Positions 11,701 to 20,774 of a DNA stretch of 64,000 nt are shown piece after piece. Made by a program: the position numbers and the translations under genes. The notes beneath the pieces are model-generated. The model was given only the letters and a program-made list of their open reading frames with translations. It was not told the DNA's origin and did no database searches. The first letter of the stretch is position 1. Each line of letters opens with the position of its first letter. The stretch is from a virus (Duplodnaviria; Caudoviricetes): positions 28,308 to 92,307 of the IMG/VR virus record IMGVR_UViG_3300028591_000150; one strand, given 5' to 3'.

Positions 11701-12768
11701 TTGCATGACATTCTCGGCCGAGGACTTGACGACCATGATGTTCACGACAAGATGCTCGCTTTCCAGCTCGCCGGTCGTCGAATTGCCTGCCGTAAGCCAC
11801 GCCTCCAGCTTCTTGATGCCGTGCGTGAGGAATCCGTATGCAGACTGCTCCAACAGATTGAACGCGACAGATGTCTGCGCAGCCGTAATCGGTTGTGTCG
11901 TTTCGTACGTACCTGCGCTGCCAGTGACCTCCAAGTGAAATTCCCTTGCCACCATGCCACGTACCGTATATGTGAACGCCAGCGAAGACGGATCGACCTG
12001 CGTCTCCTGCCATGCAGTAGCCATCTCGAGTGTCAGCGTCACGCTATTGATACTGAGAATGAGCGGCGTTGTGCCGAGTGTCTTGTGCTCGCCTTCGTTA
12101 TTCGTGTAATCGAATGTGGCACGAAGCCTTATGTAATTCATGCTGCCTTCAAGCAGAAGACCTTTGAGGTCAAGAGTGACCGGATAGCCCGTTGTCTCGC
12201 TGCTTGCGGGAATGGTCATTGTGCGTATCTGCGCCCAACCGGAAGTTCCGTTCGGACTGCGCTCAACTATGAGAGTGCCGTTGCCAGACATCGGCTCTTG
12301 GGTGGATGTCGCAGCAATGATATGCGTGGCATTGAATCGAAGAGGTATCTCGAACGAATCCCCGTCATTGACAAGGTATTGGATTGCCGTCGAGCGACTG
12401 GTTGACAACGTGCCGATGAAGCTGTCAACTGATGCTGTGGAAATGGGGATTGTGAGGTCTTTAATTACAAGTTCCAATCCTGCTATCGGGTCTTCGTCAT
12501 AGACGGCTGCATCGCTTGCACTCGCGAAGCAGAGGATGTGGACAAAGTTGTTCTCGTCCGGCTCCGTTGTACGGAAATCACCGAACTTGCCTCTAAACTG
12601 GGATTTAATGAAGCGCTCTACCTCACCCCTATTCATACCCCACTCCGATCCAGCAGGAACAGATGTACCATACACATTAACGGCACCACCAGTCTCGTTC
12701 TTTCCTCCCCAATCATCAGAAAGGCTGTTGAGTTTGTTGCTACCTTCGATAGTTACTTTCTTTGCCAT
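5713..12768 (-). CDS. giant tail fibre/adhesin: Ig-like, LamG-like, CotH-kinase-like, LRR and C-terminal CLec-type domains
   Basis: 2351 aa; VRVFINGII..DIDIYGIRIW (LamG-like); GTDNCSKN..HQDDVDTTLATDNSG (CotH-like); Leu-rich repeats; YWCSTE..YVNF..VRPF C-terminus. Confidence 0.75.
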   Translation of the reverse strand: MAKKVTIEGSNKLNSLSDDWGGKNETGGAVNVYGTSVPAGSEWGMNRGEVERFIKSQFRGKFGDFRTTEPDENNFVHILCFASASDAAVYDEDPIAGLELVIKDLTIPISTASVDSFIGTLSTSRSTAIQYLVNDGDSFEIPLRFNATHIIAATSTQEPMSGNGTLIVERSPNGTSGWAQIRTMTIPASSETTGYPVTLDLKGLLLEGSMNYIRLRATFDYTNNEGEHKTLGTTPLILSINSVTLTLEMATAWQETQVDPSSLAFTYTVRGMVAREFHLEVTGSAGTYETTQPITAAQTSVAFNLLEQSAYGFLTHGIKKLEAWLTAGNSTTGELESEHLVVNIMVVKSSAENVMQPMLLISEMKEVVENFVQTRLLAYAVYSPVVNNDGDIVNSGPSVPMTFLLTNSANNILSSQQTIYSSLFVNPVPGTKYYLDMTVEIEQEGDTLSAFLHATRDDNGVTKDFLEESTGSGNIFVSVDNTGGFQPTAGSTFLLNPKQRNNDEANPKTILNAKNNNAVVQSTWQNFRLGLEDGYVKDDNGESCLRVPAGRLLNIQYNPLALLYRSPNSSLNMEFDVCIRNVTNEDDPILKLAEQVGGVWQGLRLLPMVGYMTTESWNSIEESDFRWQEDVRTHIAINIVNAVYPNAHGDALVTADKVSQSQGSFSLVRVFINGIINREFVYSPNSSEFCTGAMSNGGMVFGQDGADIDIYGIRIWEGTALTPEQVLQDYISTIPNSDKKRRLKAVNSIIDPNTGLIGLDYITGEGSVTGIKKNVLIWHGNEPYHENAYKGETGWLEMRRYDSEGNYLPELSGKICEQTKSVPQKAQGTTAKTYYYHNIQVSIKDVTATITIAPSDLHSSITATWNAAYVWKDGDDNPTGETGAWMLKGGFLGKNFPLSTESAQPYHGTESSIVVPDGWIDGNGKYRGQGYQVAEGIPMAQKLVNKINYASSMQSHLIGINWLYNELHTAIVGKNKMQLDVPGAVVAKHTEPFLFFTQAEGSNRAVFRGPCAFGAGKMDKPSWGYVKSAHPDFCMIEGADNDKQLTDMRVPWDDEAHGNSPAKVFYDPEEEAFYYRIAGGSTEKCLDFDGGKTDDAGYPSSAIVGYIKAAWNFLYLHAPRIRHYNGSLAEFMVDADYAKLEITADTTQEERERIELARSRVNTANKYWCRKEGVTSTGDYILKRYDYTDGEWVDAGLWNGTQYAQIDMRTDAMTASAWNALTASEKNQSELVNSVFVDAVVADARANIGSYFKVNSLKFHYCFQNHFIAGTDNCSKNTYYVLDPATHLFELHQDDVDTTLATDNSGLQSKPYYIDRMHPYAGDKAADVAMTGDIDNERILYEGYYNVLFDLIELMYEPTGELQSMMRTILSTMASLTGGVGSEESNALNGVWRSLNRYLFDIQRYFPETVYNEAARIRYELPELIGFLSDVRRVRPIKQSLGDQLQSEMQFMKRRLVYMASYAAFGEFTAVGLRGGSLTGLEGASEGFGMTPYPLPGSSSPSTYVFHLVPHQWIYPTGSRQTNNLEDPHVRVAPGATNMPNGYFPLDISVGETSDQGCTILGLNYYREIGNVGDMVANNGQANFTLNGRRLTKFVCEPTLFYTDQQLPAFRVNNIIIGTATRLKEFNVKGAVIGTGTLNLSALTVCESIDLRDTGISQVRVPETSTLQTLKLPASLTALSLTAQANLSSLTMQGYAALTQLVITGSPLVGGSVMENIVLSTREAGAQLSLLRLAHIKWPASNPVQASAIRWLLDLADNAVCELVGHDHTGEVSVVPDIYVDSGIANVITFEDVKRLIDHFGDIRSEQNGLYISFRTYNIDSGSVNIEGKKYINTNPSSPTYDLDENMNYNGLSVSVSGNGNDVGVTTDASGKVVPNVKWELVELQDGEWVATTSSYAEFTNMYSPVISILSVIPSGSRPSINVRVTITNLDNSTVSVVSKVGLWRRIPEVGDFAWTDGEFDNQNDVSKKLAGLVIRKTAVEVDGSTVYDLDIISSADTTFPTSLVATGYEDTWGLFADSAQTGGFSSAKTNGAYNDSLLEAIRQALQSWTKPSDVAYAISNNFKTEIFDTPLRNWGGYIVIRKDAAAVSAAGSGYAMQDVNGADGYAASANAEINNFDMKEENAVLISYANAMLKAIFQYLGISQEDYNDIRLSGGCDSEGIPLTTQGLRGIADLVVQKASEPPYNATRPARYRLFMFMAARRCNVWCPADIDGAMIDESKLHENYKRGNWMLPSTGIMARVYNFFGNSKSGYNTNYGAVSENYANENIELEAQLPLFANAIARGRDVVYPYVSSGHHWLSAVSANSVYWCSTEFHSTYGCYVNFGNALVNGTVKNYNYIVRPFTTFRFVP

Positions 12769-12788
12769 ATTATCTTGTCTTTAATTTT

Positions 12789-12893
12789 TTACCACGATTC
12801 ACTTCTAAACCAACCCTCACTACGGAACCAAGCAGACACATATTCTGCAACGGCTGCGGCCATCATCATCAGCCTTCTTCTGAATGTACTCAT
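12789..12893 (-). CDS. 34-aa peptide MSTFRRRLMMM...WFRSEGWFRSESW
   Basis: ATG overlaps upstream TGA (ATGA); RRRLMM N-terminus resembles Bacteroidales tail-region proteins. Confidence 0.5.
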   Translation of the reverse strand: MSTFRRRLMMMAAAVAEYVSAWFRSEGWFRSESW

Positions 12894-13867
12894 AACGTCC
12901 TTTCTGCCTTGCGTGCGGCTGCATAAAGAGTTTTGCTGATATTTGCGAGCTTTGCCTTTATCTTCTGGCGGCTTATGTCGCTCCACTTGTTAGGCCCTTG
13001 TAGATGCTGATAGCCTATCTTATCGGCAACGACATTGGGATTGTGCATAGGAACGAGTGTCACTGCATTGTAGCCTCTGCTCATGTAGGAAAGATTCACC
13101 TGCTCCAAGATGAAGTCAAACAGAAGGCATGCGCCTTTGTCTTTCTTTCTGTACTCTTCGAAACATTGTTTCGTGTAGATATTCAGAGCAGCAAAATAGT
13201 TGTCGAAATACTCACACGCAAGCGACGGGTTATTGAAACCTATCGTTCCAGTATTGATACTACCCCTCCATTCGGGATATGTTGAAGCTGGATAGCCGAT
13301 TGCACGCATTGCTTGTATCTTATCTTTATGATTGCAAAGATGCCCATAGTCTTCTTCCTGCTGACATAACACATCTATACTCTTGTCTTCATAGAACTTA
13401 TCAATGACACCAGGCTTCTTCAAGAACACGTCTATGTCAATGTGAACCTTACCGACTCTGCCTTCTTCTCGCATGGCAAAGAACTTGCCTGCTGCAAATA
13501 AATCAGACGGAACGCTGTCTGGTATCATATCCAAAGTGGTCAAAAGCTTGTCATATCCGTAATTCTTCAACAACTTCGCTCCGTACGAGTCTGTGTGCAT
13601 GTGTACCTTATAGCCACTTCTGTGGGCATAAGCAAGGCTGAGGGCTGCGAGATATAGTGTATCACGCATCCTATGTTTCTTTTCAAGTGAAGCTGTATTG
13701 CCATAACCTACGGAACAATCGACCTGCTCCATTATAGGCTTCGTCCAAAGGCTTTGAATGACCACATACTTCTTCGCTTCTGCAGGAGTAGAATCACCTG
13801 CTCCAAAATTGCCGATAGTTCCATAATAATACGGACTGGCTGCATACTCATTCTTGTGTTCTGACAT
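12890..13867 (-). CDS. GT-A-like glycosyltransferase (DUF6734-like)
   Basis: HTDSYG, AAGKFFA, VHIDIDVFL (DxD), INTG, ILEQ, YQHLQG motifs. Confidence 0.6.
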   Translation of the reverse strand: MSEHKNEYAASPYYYGTIGNFGAGDSTPAEAKKYVVIQSLWTKPIMEQVDCSVGYGNTASLEKKHRMRDTLYLAALSLAYAHRSGYKVHMHTDSYGAKLLKNYGYDKLLTTLDMIPDSVPSDLFAAGKFFAMREEGRVGKVHIDIDVFLKKPGVIDKFYEDKSIDVLCQQEEDYGHLCNHKDKIQAMRAIGYPASTYPEWRGSINTGTIGFNNPSLACEYFDNYFAALNIYTKQCFEEYRKKDKGACLLFDFILEQVNLSYMSRGYNAVTLVPMHNPNVVADKIGYQHLQGPNKWSDISRQKIKAKLANISKTLYAAARKAERTL

Positions 13868-13879
13868 ATCTTTTCAATT

Positions 13880-14578
13880 TTAATCGTCCCAATTTCCAAT
13901 TTCGTTATAGTAGTTTACCTCATCATCGTCAATATCTGGTTCTGTCGGAGTTTCAATAATCTCCGCTTCGCCCTCCCACCTTGCTGCAATAGCAAGATTG
14001 TTCACGATGCTCACTTGGTAAGTATATCCTTCCTCCCACTCCAATTCTTCTACCCAAATGACACCATTCGGAAGTGTAATGGAGAAGCCACTATCGGCCA
14101 CCATAAACTGTAGCAGGAACTCGTTTACCTTGCCACTCGCTGCACCCGTAAACGATGTGATTTCAAGCGAGTCAATACCCTCCCACACATGAAGTACGTT
14201 CGGGTTTATGGAAAGCTCTGTGTCTGACGAAGCGTGTAGAACTATCGGCATCGCAATATCAGCACCAGTAATATGACGTGCAGCTGCAATCGCCAACGCC
14301 CTCACTCTTGCTTGGAAGAAGGAAGTAGGAACACCATTCGACAGACGGGCCATAGGAATAGAGGCATTATCAGCATCAAGTGCGCTGTCTTCAATCAATG
14401 GAACATCGCCATCGGGACCATTGTCTTCAATAGCCGCACCATAGTTTTGCATATAGCTCATTACAGCTTGCGATATCGCCTCCGCGGTTATATTCCCCAA
14501 ACGCTCTGCGATGTGCGCATCCATGTAGTCGCTGATATACTCGTCCAGTTCTTCTGTTGTCGTTGGAAAATCTGCCAT
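13880..14578 (-). CDS. putative tail structural protein
   Basis: 232-aa acidic, beta-rich C-terminal domain; tail operon. Confidence 0.6.
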   Translation of the reverse strand: MADFPTTTEELDEYISDYMDAHIAERLGNITAEAISQAVMSYMQNYGAAIEDNGPDGDVPLIEDSALDADNASIPMARLSNGVPTSFFQARVRALAIAAARHITGADIAMPIVLHASSDTELSINPNVLHVWEGIDSLEITSFTGAASGKVNEFLLQFMVADSGFSITLPNGVIWVEELEWEEGYTYQVSIVNNLAIAARWEGEAEIIETPTEPDIDDDEVNYYNEIGNWDD

Positions 14579-14592
14579 AGTAATACTTGTTT

Positions 14593-14886
14593 TTAAGAAA
14601 TGCCGTTATCATTGCCAGCGAGTAATGCGTTCAAGTGACGCTTTACAGCTGCGATATAGTTGCACTCGTTGATAACCCTCAACATAGGCTGAACATACTG
14701 GTCTGGAACCTCAACTATGCCATCAGAGAAATAGATTTTACGCGCCAATTCCTCAAACCCTATATCCATAATCACAGATCCGTTATACATCATGTCATTG
14801 CCGAGTACCTTTGCGATATTCAGCACTCTCTTCGTACCATCAAAACTGACCTGTACTTCCATTTTCGTAAAGTCTATTTTCTTCAT
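14593..14886 (-). CDS. hypothetical protein (tail operon)
   Basis: 97-aa ORF tightly packed in operon. Confidence 0.65.
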   Translation of the reverse strand: MKKIDFTKMEVQVSFDGTKRVLNIAKVLGNDMMYNGSVIMDIGFEELARKIYFSDGIVEVPDQYVQPMLRVINECNYIAAVKRHLNALLAGNDNGIS

Positions 14887-14906
14887 TGCTATCTGTTTTA
14901 TTGTTT

Positions 14907-17900
14907 CTATTCTAAAGTATCTATCTCTTGAATATAGTAGTTAGTGCCGTCATAGCATAGGCAAACTATGGCCACATCACCTTGGTTCATACTCCAATCA
15001 TTGCTTCCCCATTGGCTAATGTCATGGTCGTATATTGGCGACGAAGCTGTTATATAAAATTTTGCAGTACCTTTACATGCAATTATTGTTAGTCGAACGC
15101 AAAAATGTTCTTCACTTCCCAAACCTAATTGCTGCTGAACATCTGACAACTCGGGCATGTAGAAAGTACCACTTGCAGTACATTTTACTAAAAAGGTTGT
15201 TCCAAGAGTTAAATTAAAAGTGTTGACATTATATGGTTCGACTCCAGTATAATACAAATATCTCCCTTTTTCTATCACTCCACCATGCGCTTGCAACGCT
15301 CCGTCTAATCGCAAAGCGACATTAGCAAAGCCGACGTTATCGGAATGTATTCTTACGGCAGGTTTATACATGTCATGGTCTTTGCTTGATGCCATTCTAC
15401 GATATATGTACATTGCGCTGTCACATAAATAATCACTTCTGTTTTCGTATGGGTCTGAATCTTTTCCAATAAATACTTTCAGACTTGCAATTTCATTGCC
15501 AGAATAGCTAATTCTCTGTCCAAGACGGAAAGACGATTCATGAAGGTAAGCAAAGTTGTTACTTGAAGTTTTCCAGTTGTCTATAATGCCACAATACAAG
15601 CCATCATCACCGATATGGAACGGCCCAATTATCCCTTGATTGGCTGTAATCTTTCCTTCTATGTCAACATTCTGTGCCCTTAGACCATTTATATAAGCAT
15701 TCTGCGCTGTCAAACCATTTATGGTCGCATTTGTTATGACGGCATCATCTGCGTGAAGCGCTCCAGAAGTTGATTCAATCCAAATCTTTGGGCTCTGCAA
15801 TGTACCAGCAGAATTTTGGAACGTTACTTTATCTCCACGTAGTTCTATGCTACGATTGTCACCGCTTATGTTTATACCAGTCTCTCCAAGCTTGTTTATG
15901 ATAGCCAAGGATATGTCGTCTGCAGTCTGCAAGATAAGACTCAACGACTGATCAAGGATAGGAGCATCAAACTCTGTGACAGACGTACCTTTCTCCAACT
16001 GAGGGAAACGTATCTTTGGAGCTATCACATACAACGTGTAGTTTCCACTTAAAGCTTCGGTTATCTGAATAACCGCAGCACATTCCCTACGTTCCGCTCC
16101 GCTGTTTGTGGTTATGGGTATCGAGTTTGAAGAATTTTTCAAATAGCATGTAATCGAGGGATAGTCAACAGCAGGCGTTCCAGTCTCTGATACTGCAATA
16201 GAATGCAAAGACAGCATATACGATTCAGCTGCAAGAGAAATACCTTCTAAAGCAAAGCAATTATCATCTGGCGAGTTTTTGATAAACCAACTATCTTCGT
16301 CAACTGATATATCGCCAGACGGAGTAAAAGTGCCATTATCCCAAACACCACTCTTCCAACCATTACCAGTCAACACACCATTGAGTATGTTTCTCGCCAA
16401 GGTGTTTTGGGAAACCATAGACATCAATCCTGCAGCAGTCTGTATCAGTTGTGATATGTTACCCTCTGCATCACTGACACGGGTTTCAATGCCGTTTATA
16501 TCAACCTTCAAAGTTGACTTCGACTCATCATTCAAGCCTCTGTCTTCCCATCCTGTCTGTGTAGCGACGAACCGATGCCCATTCGACTGATTGATATAGT
16601 AATCGCCTGGATCCGCCTTATACGAAGTCCATGTGATGCCACCTCCGGAAGGAATGCCTGTAATTGGATTTATGACAGCAGGCTCCACGTGACATATTTT
16701 GAGTGCATTGTCAGTTGCGATATTGTTATACACAAGTAGCACAATAGCGCCATCCGTAGCCATCCCGGTTGACTGGCCTGGAATGTTGTCATACCTATAG
16801 GCCAATCCTTTGTATCTCTCGTTATAAAGTTCTTCTCCAGTCATTCCGTTGTCAGTTGTAACAACAAAAGACGGGGCAACAAACTTGTTACCTGCGACTG
16901 GACTGATTCTTGTGCGCTCCTTGCCGTTTAGACTCCAATCAATAGATGTGCCATCCGTATAGCCGACACCGAGCATTTCTCTGATGCAAGGTGCGTCACT
17001 ACCAACAGTCTCTATCGTAATGAGGTTAGACAAACTTCTGTCTAACCAGTCTCCATAGCATACGATATTGTCAAGTGCCTCTGGTCTGTCGCTACCCGTG
17101 AGATAAAGCTGAACATCGTTTTCGTCTGTGTAGTTCGCAAGGTCGATGTAGTTATGCGTCAGTCCGTCTTCGAGGATATGGTTCGGCTTGGTATAGTCTT
17201 GTTTTGTCACAGCCGTTTCGGTTGCAGTCACAGCCCTCCAATACAATTTGTTCGTGACGTTCATTCCGTACCATGTGCCAGACTGGGTGCCGCTACCTTG
17301 TGACTGATCGAATGTCTGACATCTTGCCAACATGCCGACTCTCCATGTGTTGATTGTCCTTGTAGTGCCATCATCGGCCTTTATCCAGCATCGGAATATA
17401 TCTACCTTATCCCAATCTTCTGCGCTCATTGTGGAGCGAACCATTTTTTTTCTGCTGAGTATCTTGCCTACTAACGACAATGGAACAAGTCGAAGAACCC
17501 AAGGCACTTTGATATACTCATACCCGAGCACCTCCTCTCCGACAATCTCATCTCCATCTTTTATGAGGTGTATATAGTCCACTTCCTCGATGATGCTTGC
17601 AGCAGGCGAGAACACATAGTTTCCTGCCATTGCAACGAACTTGCGGACTTCAAGTTCATTGAAAACGGCCTTCATTCTGACAAACAGATTATCGACAACC
17701 AACCTTGAATTGCCGTTGCCATCATCATCAGTAAGCTGCCAGCCAGTACCGAACATTGAATCTCCACCGCTAAAGTTAAGACTCTGCAATGTCTTTGTAA
17801 GAATGTTCTTTGCCACACGGAGAATGCCGCCTATGACACCACTTTCTGACACCTCCAATCCAAGATTCTTGCGTGTCGCATTGTCAATATCCGTTGTCGT

Positions 17901-18740
17901 GGCACCGCTAGTTCCCAGAGCCTTCAATGAACGTGCAACAATGTCACCATCCTCAGAAAAACCGAACAGTCCTGATGCCTTAACCCACAGGCCTTTCACA
18001 AAACCTATCAGCCCCGTTGCTTGGTCGTCAGCATCCTTGCGAAGATAGTGTTGTGTGACGAAATTAGGAGTGGCGACCAATGTGTCGCTGTCAACATTAT
18101 CAGTAGAGGCTGTTGCGACGCCTTTAAGTTCGTGGTCGCCAAGGAAAAGATTCTCGAAGAATGAGCCTGCATTCATCACAATCTTTTTCAGGAACGTCAC
18201 AGTGTTACTCACCTTCGAGTATGAGTACCAGTCGGTTTCGGACATATTCATTATGTCCTCGTATGTACCAAGAGAACCCCATGTGATTTCCTGCGTCCAT
18301 TCGCGCTTCAAAACCCCGCTATTGATGACTGGCGCACTGATGATGCCCTGCAGCCATATATAAAAATAATCACTGGAGCCTATCTGCTCGTCATTGGCGT
18401 TCACACCATAGATGTCTATCTTTTCACTTGGAAAGACAATAACGGCTTGTGTGCTGAAACTAGACCTGCGAGGGATAGCTGCATAGACATACTTTTGGGT
18501 ATCGCTATTGAAATACGTCGGGGATATGACAAGCGGCCATCGTTTCGGATTTCTCCCATTGTCAAGTCCAAGCCCATCGCCATTTGCACCACCCGGTGTA
18601 ACCGACTCTATATAGCAGGATATGACAGCTCCGCTTGCTACGCTTCCCTGTATGCGATTTTCGTTGCCAAGCGCATTCAAAGTTATGTTGACAGCGTTTG
18701 GCGCTATCCAGTAATTATTTATTTTGGCTTCAATTCCCAT
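14907..18740 (-). CDS. tail/host-specificity protein
   Basis: 1277 aa; VDNLFVRMKAVFNELEVRK segment, coiled-coil and trimeric beta-repeat stretch, AT-rich variable C-terminus. Confidence 0.7.
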   Translation of the reverse strand: MGIEAKINNYWIAPNAVNITLNALGNENRIQGSVASGAVISCYIESVTPGGANGDGLGLDNGRNPKRWPLVISPTYFNSDTQKYVYAAIPRRSSFSTQAVIVFPSEKIDIYGVNANDEQIGSSDYFYIWLQGIISAPVINSGVLKREWTQEITWGSLGTYEDIMNMSETDWYSYSKVSNTVTFLKKIVMNAGSFFENLFLGDHELKGVATASTDNVDSDTLVATPNFVTQHYLRKDADDQATGLIGFVKGLWVKASGLFGFSEDGDIVARSLKALGTSGATTTDIDNATRKNLGLEVSESGVIGGILRVAKNILTKTLQSLNFSGGDSMFGTGWQLTDDDGNGNSRLVVDNLFVRMKAVFNELEVRKFVAMAGNYVFSPAASIIEEVDYIHLIKDGDEIVGEEVLGYEYIKVPWVLRLVPLSLVGKILSRKKMVRSTMSAEDWDKVDIFRCWIKADDGTTRTINTWRVGMLARCQTFDQSQGSGTQSGTWYGMNVTNKLYWRAVTATETAVTKQDYTKPNHILEDGLTHNYIDLANYTDENDVQLYLTGSDRPEALDNIVCYGDWLDRSLSNLITIETVGSDAPCIREMLGVGYTDGTSIDWSLNGKERTRISPVAGNKFVAPSFVVTTDNGMTGEELYNERYKGLAYRYDNIPGQSTGMATDGAIVLLVYNNIATDNALKICHVEPAVINPITGIPSGGGITWTSYKADPGDYYINQSNGHRFVATQTGWEDRGLNDESKSTLKVDINGIETRVSDAEGNISQLIQTAAGLMSMVSQNTLARNILNGVLTGNGWKSGVWDNGTFTPSGDISVDEDSWFIKNSPDDNCFALEGISLAAESYMLSLHSIAVSETGTPAVDYPSITCYLKNSSNSIPITTNSGAERRECAAVIQITEALSGNYTLYVIAPKIRFPQLEKGTSVTEFDAPILDQSLSLILQTADDISLAIINKLGETGINISGDNRSIELRGDKVTFQNSAGTLQSPKIWIESTSGALHADDAVITNATINGLTAQNAYINGLRAQNVDIEGKITANQGIIGPFHIGDDGLYCGIIDNWKTSSNNFAYLHESSFRLGQRISYSGNEIASLKVFIGKDSDPYENRSDYLCDSAMYIYRRMASSKDHDMYKPAVRIHSDNVGFANVALRLDGALQAHGGVIEKGRYLYYTGVEPYNVNTFNLTLGTTFLVKCTASGTFYMPELSDVQQQLGLGSEEHFCVRLTIIACKGTAKFYITASSPIYDHDISQWGSNDWSMNQGDVAIVCLCYDGTNYYIQEIDTLE
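16615..16802. repeat. 188-bp direct repeat, copy 1 (inside 1277-aa gene)
   Basis: Aligns without gaps to 19371-19558, about 14 mismatches, same reading frame. Confidence 0.95.
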
Positions 18741-18790
18741 TAGATTTCTCCGTTATTATCGTTTGCCCGATTTCATTATTACGTTTGCCG

Positions 18791-20221
18791 TTATAATGAC
18801 GGTCCATATATATCGAGTTGGACTTTGAACTCTATTGACATCATTGACGCTTTTACTTTGTCAATCAACATGGTTGTTTCTTCTGGAAGGACATGGCAAG
18901 GAACCCATATCGTTTGGGAGTTTTTGATTATTCCAATCCACATCAACTTAGCCATTAGGAACTCATGGATATACCATGACGCCCACGCTTCATCGAGCGG
19001 TCCGCTGGCGAGCGACCACGTTTCGTGATTTTCCGATTTTACAGCCAAAACACGACTGAACTTTTTCAGCGTTTCCTGACGGGCAATGGTGTATGACTCT
19101 GTATTGATGTCCACTTCTTTCTTGACAAGCGAAGTTACGCATACACTTTCCAGACATCCCATGCTGTTGACGAAGCGCAGATCGTAGCCGTTTGTTGGAC
19201 GCTCCACAACATATATTTCATGACCACCCACTGTCATCGCACCTTCTTCGGAAAGTGTCTGACTAACAGATTTCGGTCCGTCACTTGCGGCTAGTCCCTC
19301 TTCCCAACCAGTCAAAGTGGCGATATAGACTTTCCCGTCATACTGGCTAAGATAAGCATCATCGAGATTAGCCTTATACGAAGTCCAAGTGATGCCACCT
19401 CCGGAAGGAATGCCTGTAATTGGATTTATGATAGTCGGCTCAACATGGCATATTTTGAGCGCATTGTCTGTCTCGATATTGTTATACACAAGTAGCACAA
19501 TAGCGCCATCCGTAGCCATCCCGGTTGACTGGCCAGGAATGTTGTCGTACCTGTAGGCTGTGTTTACTTCCGTATCATAAGTGGGTTCGGCGCTAACAAA
19601 AACGGGATTAGCATCATCCGACATGTGATCAACTTCCATTCCGCGATTGATTGCCGAAGGATAGACAAATTCGATGTCTTTAAAAACAATCTCTGGAGAA
19701 GTGTTCGGCTTTCGCGACAGATATGTAACGTCAAGATACTCCATTCCGCTTTGGTCAACAGGCGCAGTCATTCTTTCTATGTCATTGAATGCGCCCTGAA
19801 AGGCATAGCAGTAGAAATGGTCGTCACCTACCGGTAATGATGGCCATGCCACCACGCCTTGATTGGACGACACATTCCCGTCCACCATCCACTCATCCCA
19901 TGCTTCTATGCGGAACTTGATATATGGATAATGCTCTGGCGGTTCTGGGGTGTACTCATACTTTTCTGCAATCGCCTGCAATGCAGAACTGATATCAAAC
20001 AGAGATGGCTGGGTGACATACGACTGTCCGTTCTGCTTTACTTCTGCAGGATGCGAGAAATCAAACGTCGTAAAGTCTTCATCGGTTTCAAGACCTGCAT
20101 AGACACGTACAATAATGCGATGGAATGTGCGGTTAGCACTATACGCCGCAGGCGACACCCTGAAAACGATGGGATTGCCTATGAGTGGTGAACCGCTGAT
20201 TAGTGATATTCCTTGTGCCAT
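18791..20221 (-). CDS. putative tail structural protein
   Basis: 476 aa, first gene of tail operon; LRFVNSMGCLES motif. Confidence 0.65.
   Translation of the reverse strand: MAQGISLISGSPLIGNPIVFRVSPAAYSANRTFHRIIVRVYAGLETDEDFTTFDFSHPAEVKQNGQSYVTQPSLFDISSALQAIAEKYEYTPEPPEHYPYIKFRIEAWDEWMVDGNVSSNQGVVAWPSLPVGDDHFYCYAFQGAFNDIERMTAPVDQSGMEYLDVTYLSRKPNTSPEIVFKDIEFVYPSAINRGMEVDHMSDDANPVFVSAEPTYDTEVNTAYRYDNIPGQSTGMATDGAIVLLVYNNIETDNALKICHVEPTIINPITGIPSGGGITWTSYKANLDDAYLSQYDGKVYIATLTGWEEGLAASDGPKSVSQTLSEEGAMTVGGHEIYVVERPTNGYDLRFVNSMGCLESVCVTSLVKKEVDINTESYTIARQETLKKFSRVLAVKSENHETWSLASGPLDEAWASWYIHEFLMAKLMWIGIIKNSQTIWVPCHVLPEETTMLIDKVKASMMSIEFKVQLDIYGPSL
19371..19558. repeat. 188-bp direct repeat, copy 2 (inside 476-aa gene)
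   Basis: See copy 1. Confidence 0.95.
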
Positions 20222-20241
20222 AACTTGATTTGTTTCTGCAA

Positions 20242-20277
20242 CAAAGGTACGGCAAAGTGAAAATAACAGACGGACAT
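20242..20277 (-). promoter_or_regulatory. putative phage late promoter ATGTCCG-N21-TACCTTTG
   Basis: Same architecture at 25135, 53757 and 53860; precedes tail operon. Confidence 0.75.
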
Positions 20278-20300
20278 TGTGTTTTATGAAAACTTATTCG

Positions 20301-20308
20301 TACCTTTG
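20301..20308 (+). promoter_or_regulatory. -7 element TACCTTTG for lipoprotein moron
   Basis: Matches Bacteroidetes TAnnTTTG, 33 bp before ATG. Confidence 0.55.
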
Positions 20309-20341
20309 CAGCAGAAAGTCAAACTTAAAACAAATGGTGAT

Positions 20342-20761
20342 ATGAAAACTACTAAGATTTTATTTGTAATGCTGCTAATGCTCGTAATGACAGGCTGCAG
20401 CAAGGATGACGACCAACAGAATCCGCCAAAGATTGACAATCCTGCACTGCTTGGCGTATGGACTAACGGGGATATCAAGACCACGAAAAATCTATCAGAG
20501 GCCGCTTACTTTGAGCAGAACAGTGTGCTTTTTCTCTACGAAGGAGCTTGGTATCATGGTAATTACTCTATTCTGGATGCCAATCACTTCACGGCCAAAG
20601 TCTGCAAGGTGACAAGAATGGATTTTACGTGGTTCGACAATTACAAAGCATTCTCCACAGACCCTTATTACTACGATTGGGTATTCATCTACAAAATCAC
20701 TGGCGACAATCTCTACTTAGAACGAGGCGGCAGGAGTATGAATCTTGTAAAATACCAGTAA
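20342..20761 (+). CDS. lipoprotein moron
   Basis: Signal peptide, lipobox VMTG-C, acidic SKDDD export-like signal; opposite strand to flanking tail genes. Confidence 0.8.
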   Translation: MKTTKILFVMLLMLVMTGCSKDDDQQNPPKIDNPALLGVWTNGDIKTTKNLSEAAYFEQNSVLFLYEGAWYHGNYSILDANHFTAKVCKVTRMDFTWFDNYKAFSTDPYYYDWVFIYKITGDNLYLERGGRSMNLVKYQ

Positions 20762-20774
20762 GTCATACAAATTG

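Noticed and set aside
3058-12939. Long antisense ORFs (e.g. 3058-4005, 10048-10779, 11410-12405; likewise 39624-40463 and 53921-54607)
   Set aside because: Shadows of well-supported genes on the opposite strand, with no recognisable motifs.
16615-19558. 188-bp repeat as a DGR template/variable pair
   Set aside because: Mismatches are not adenine-specific on either strand, are mostly synonymous, both copies are mid-gene, and no RT is present.
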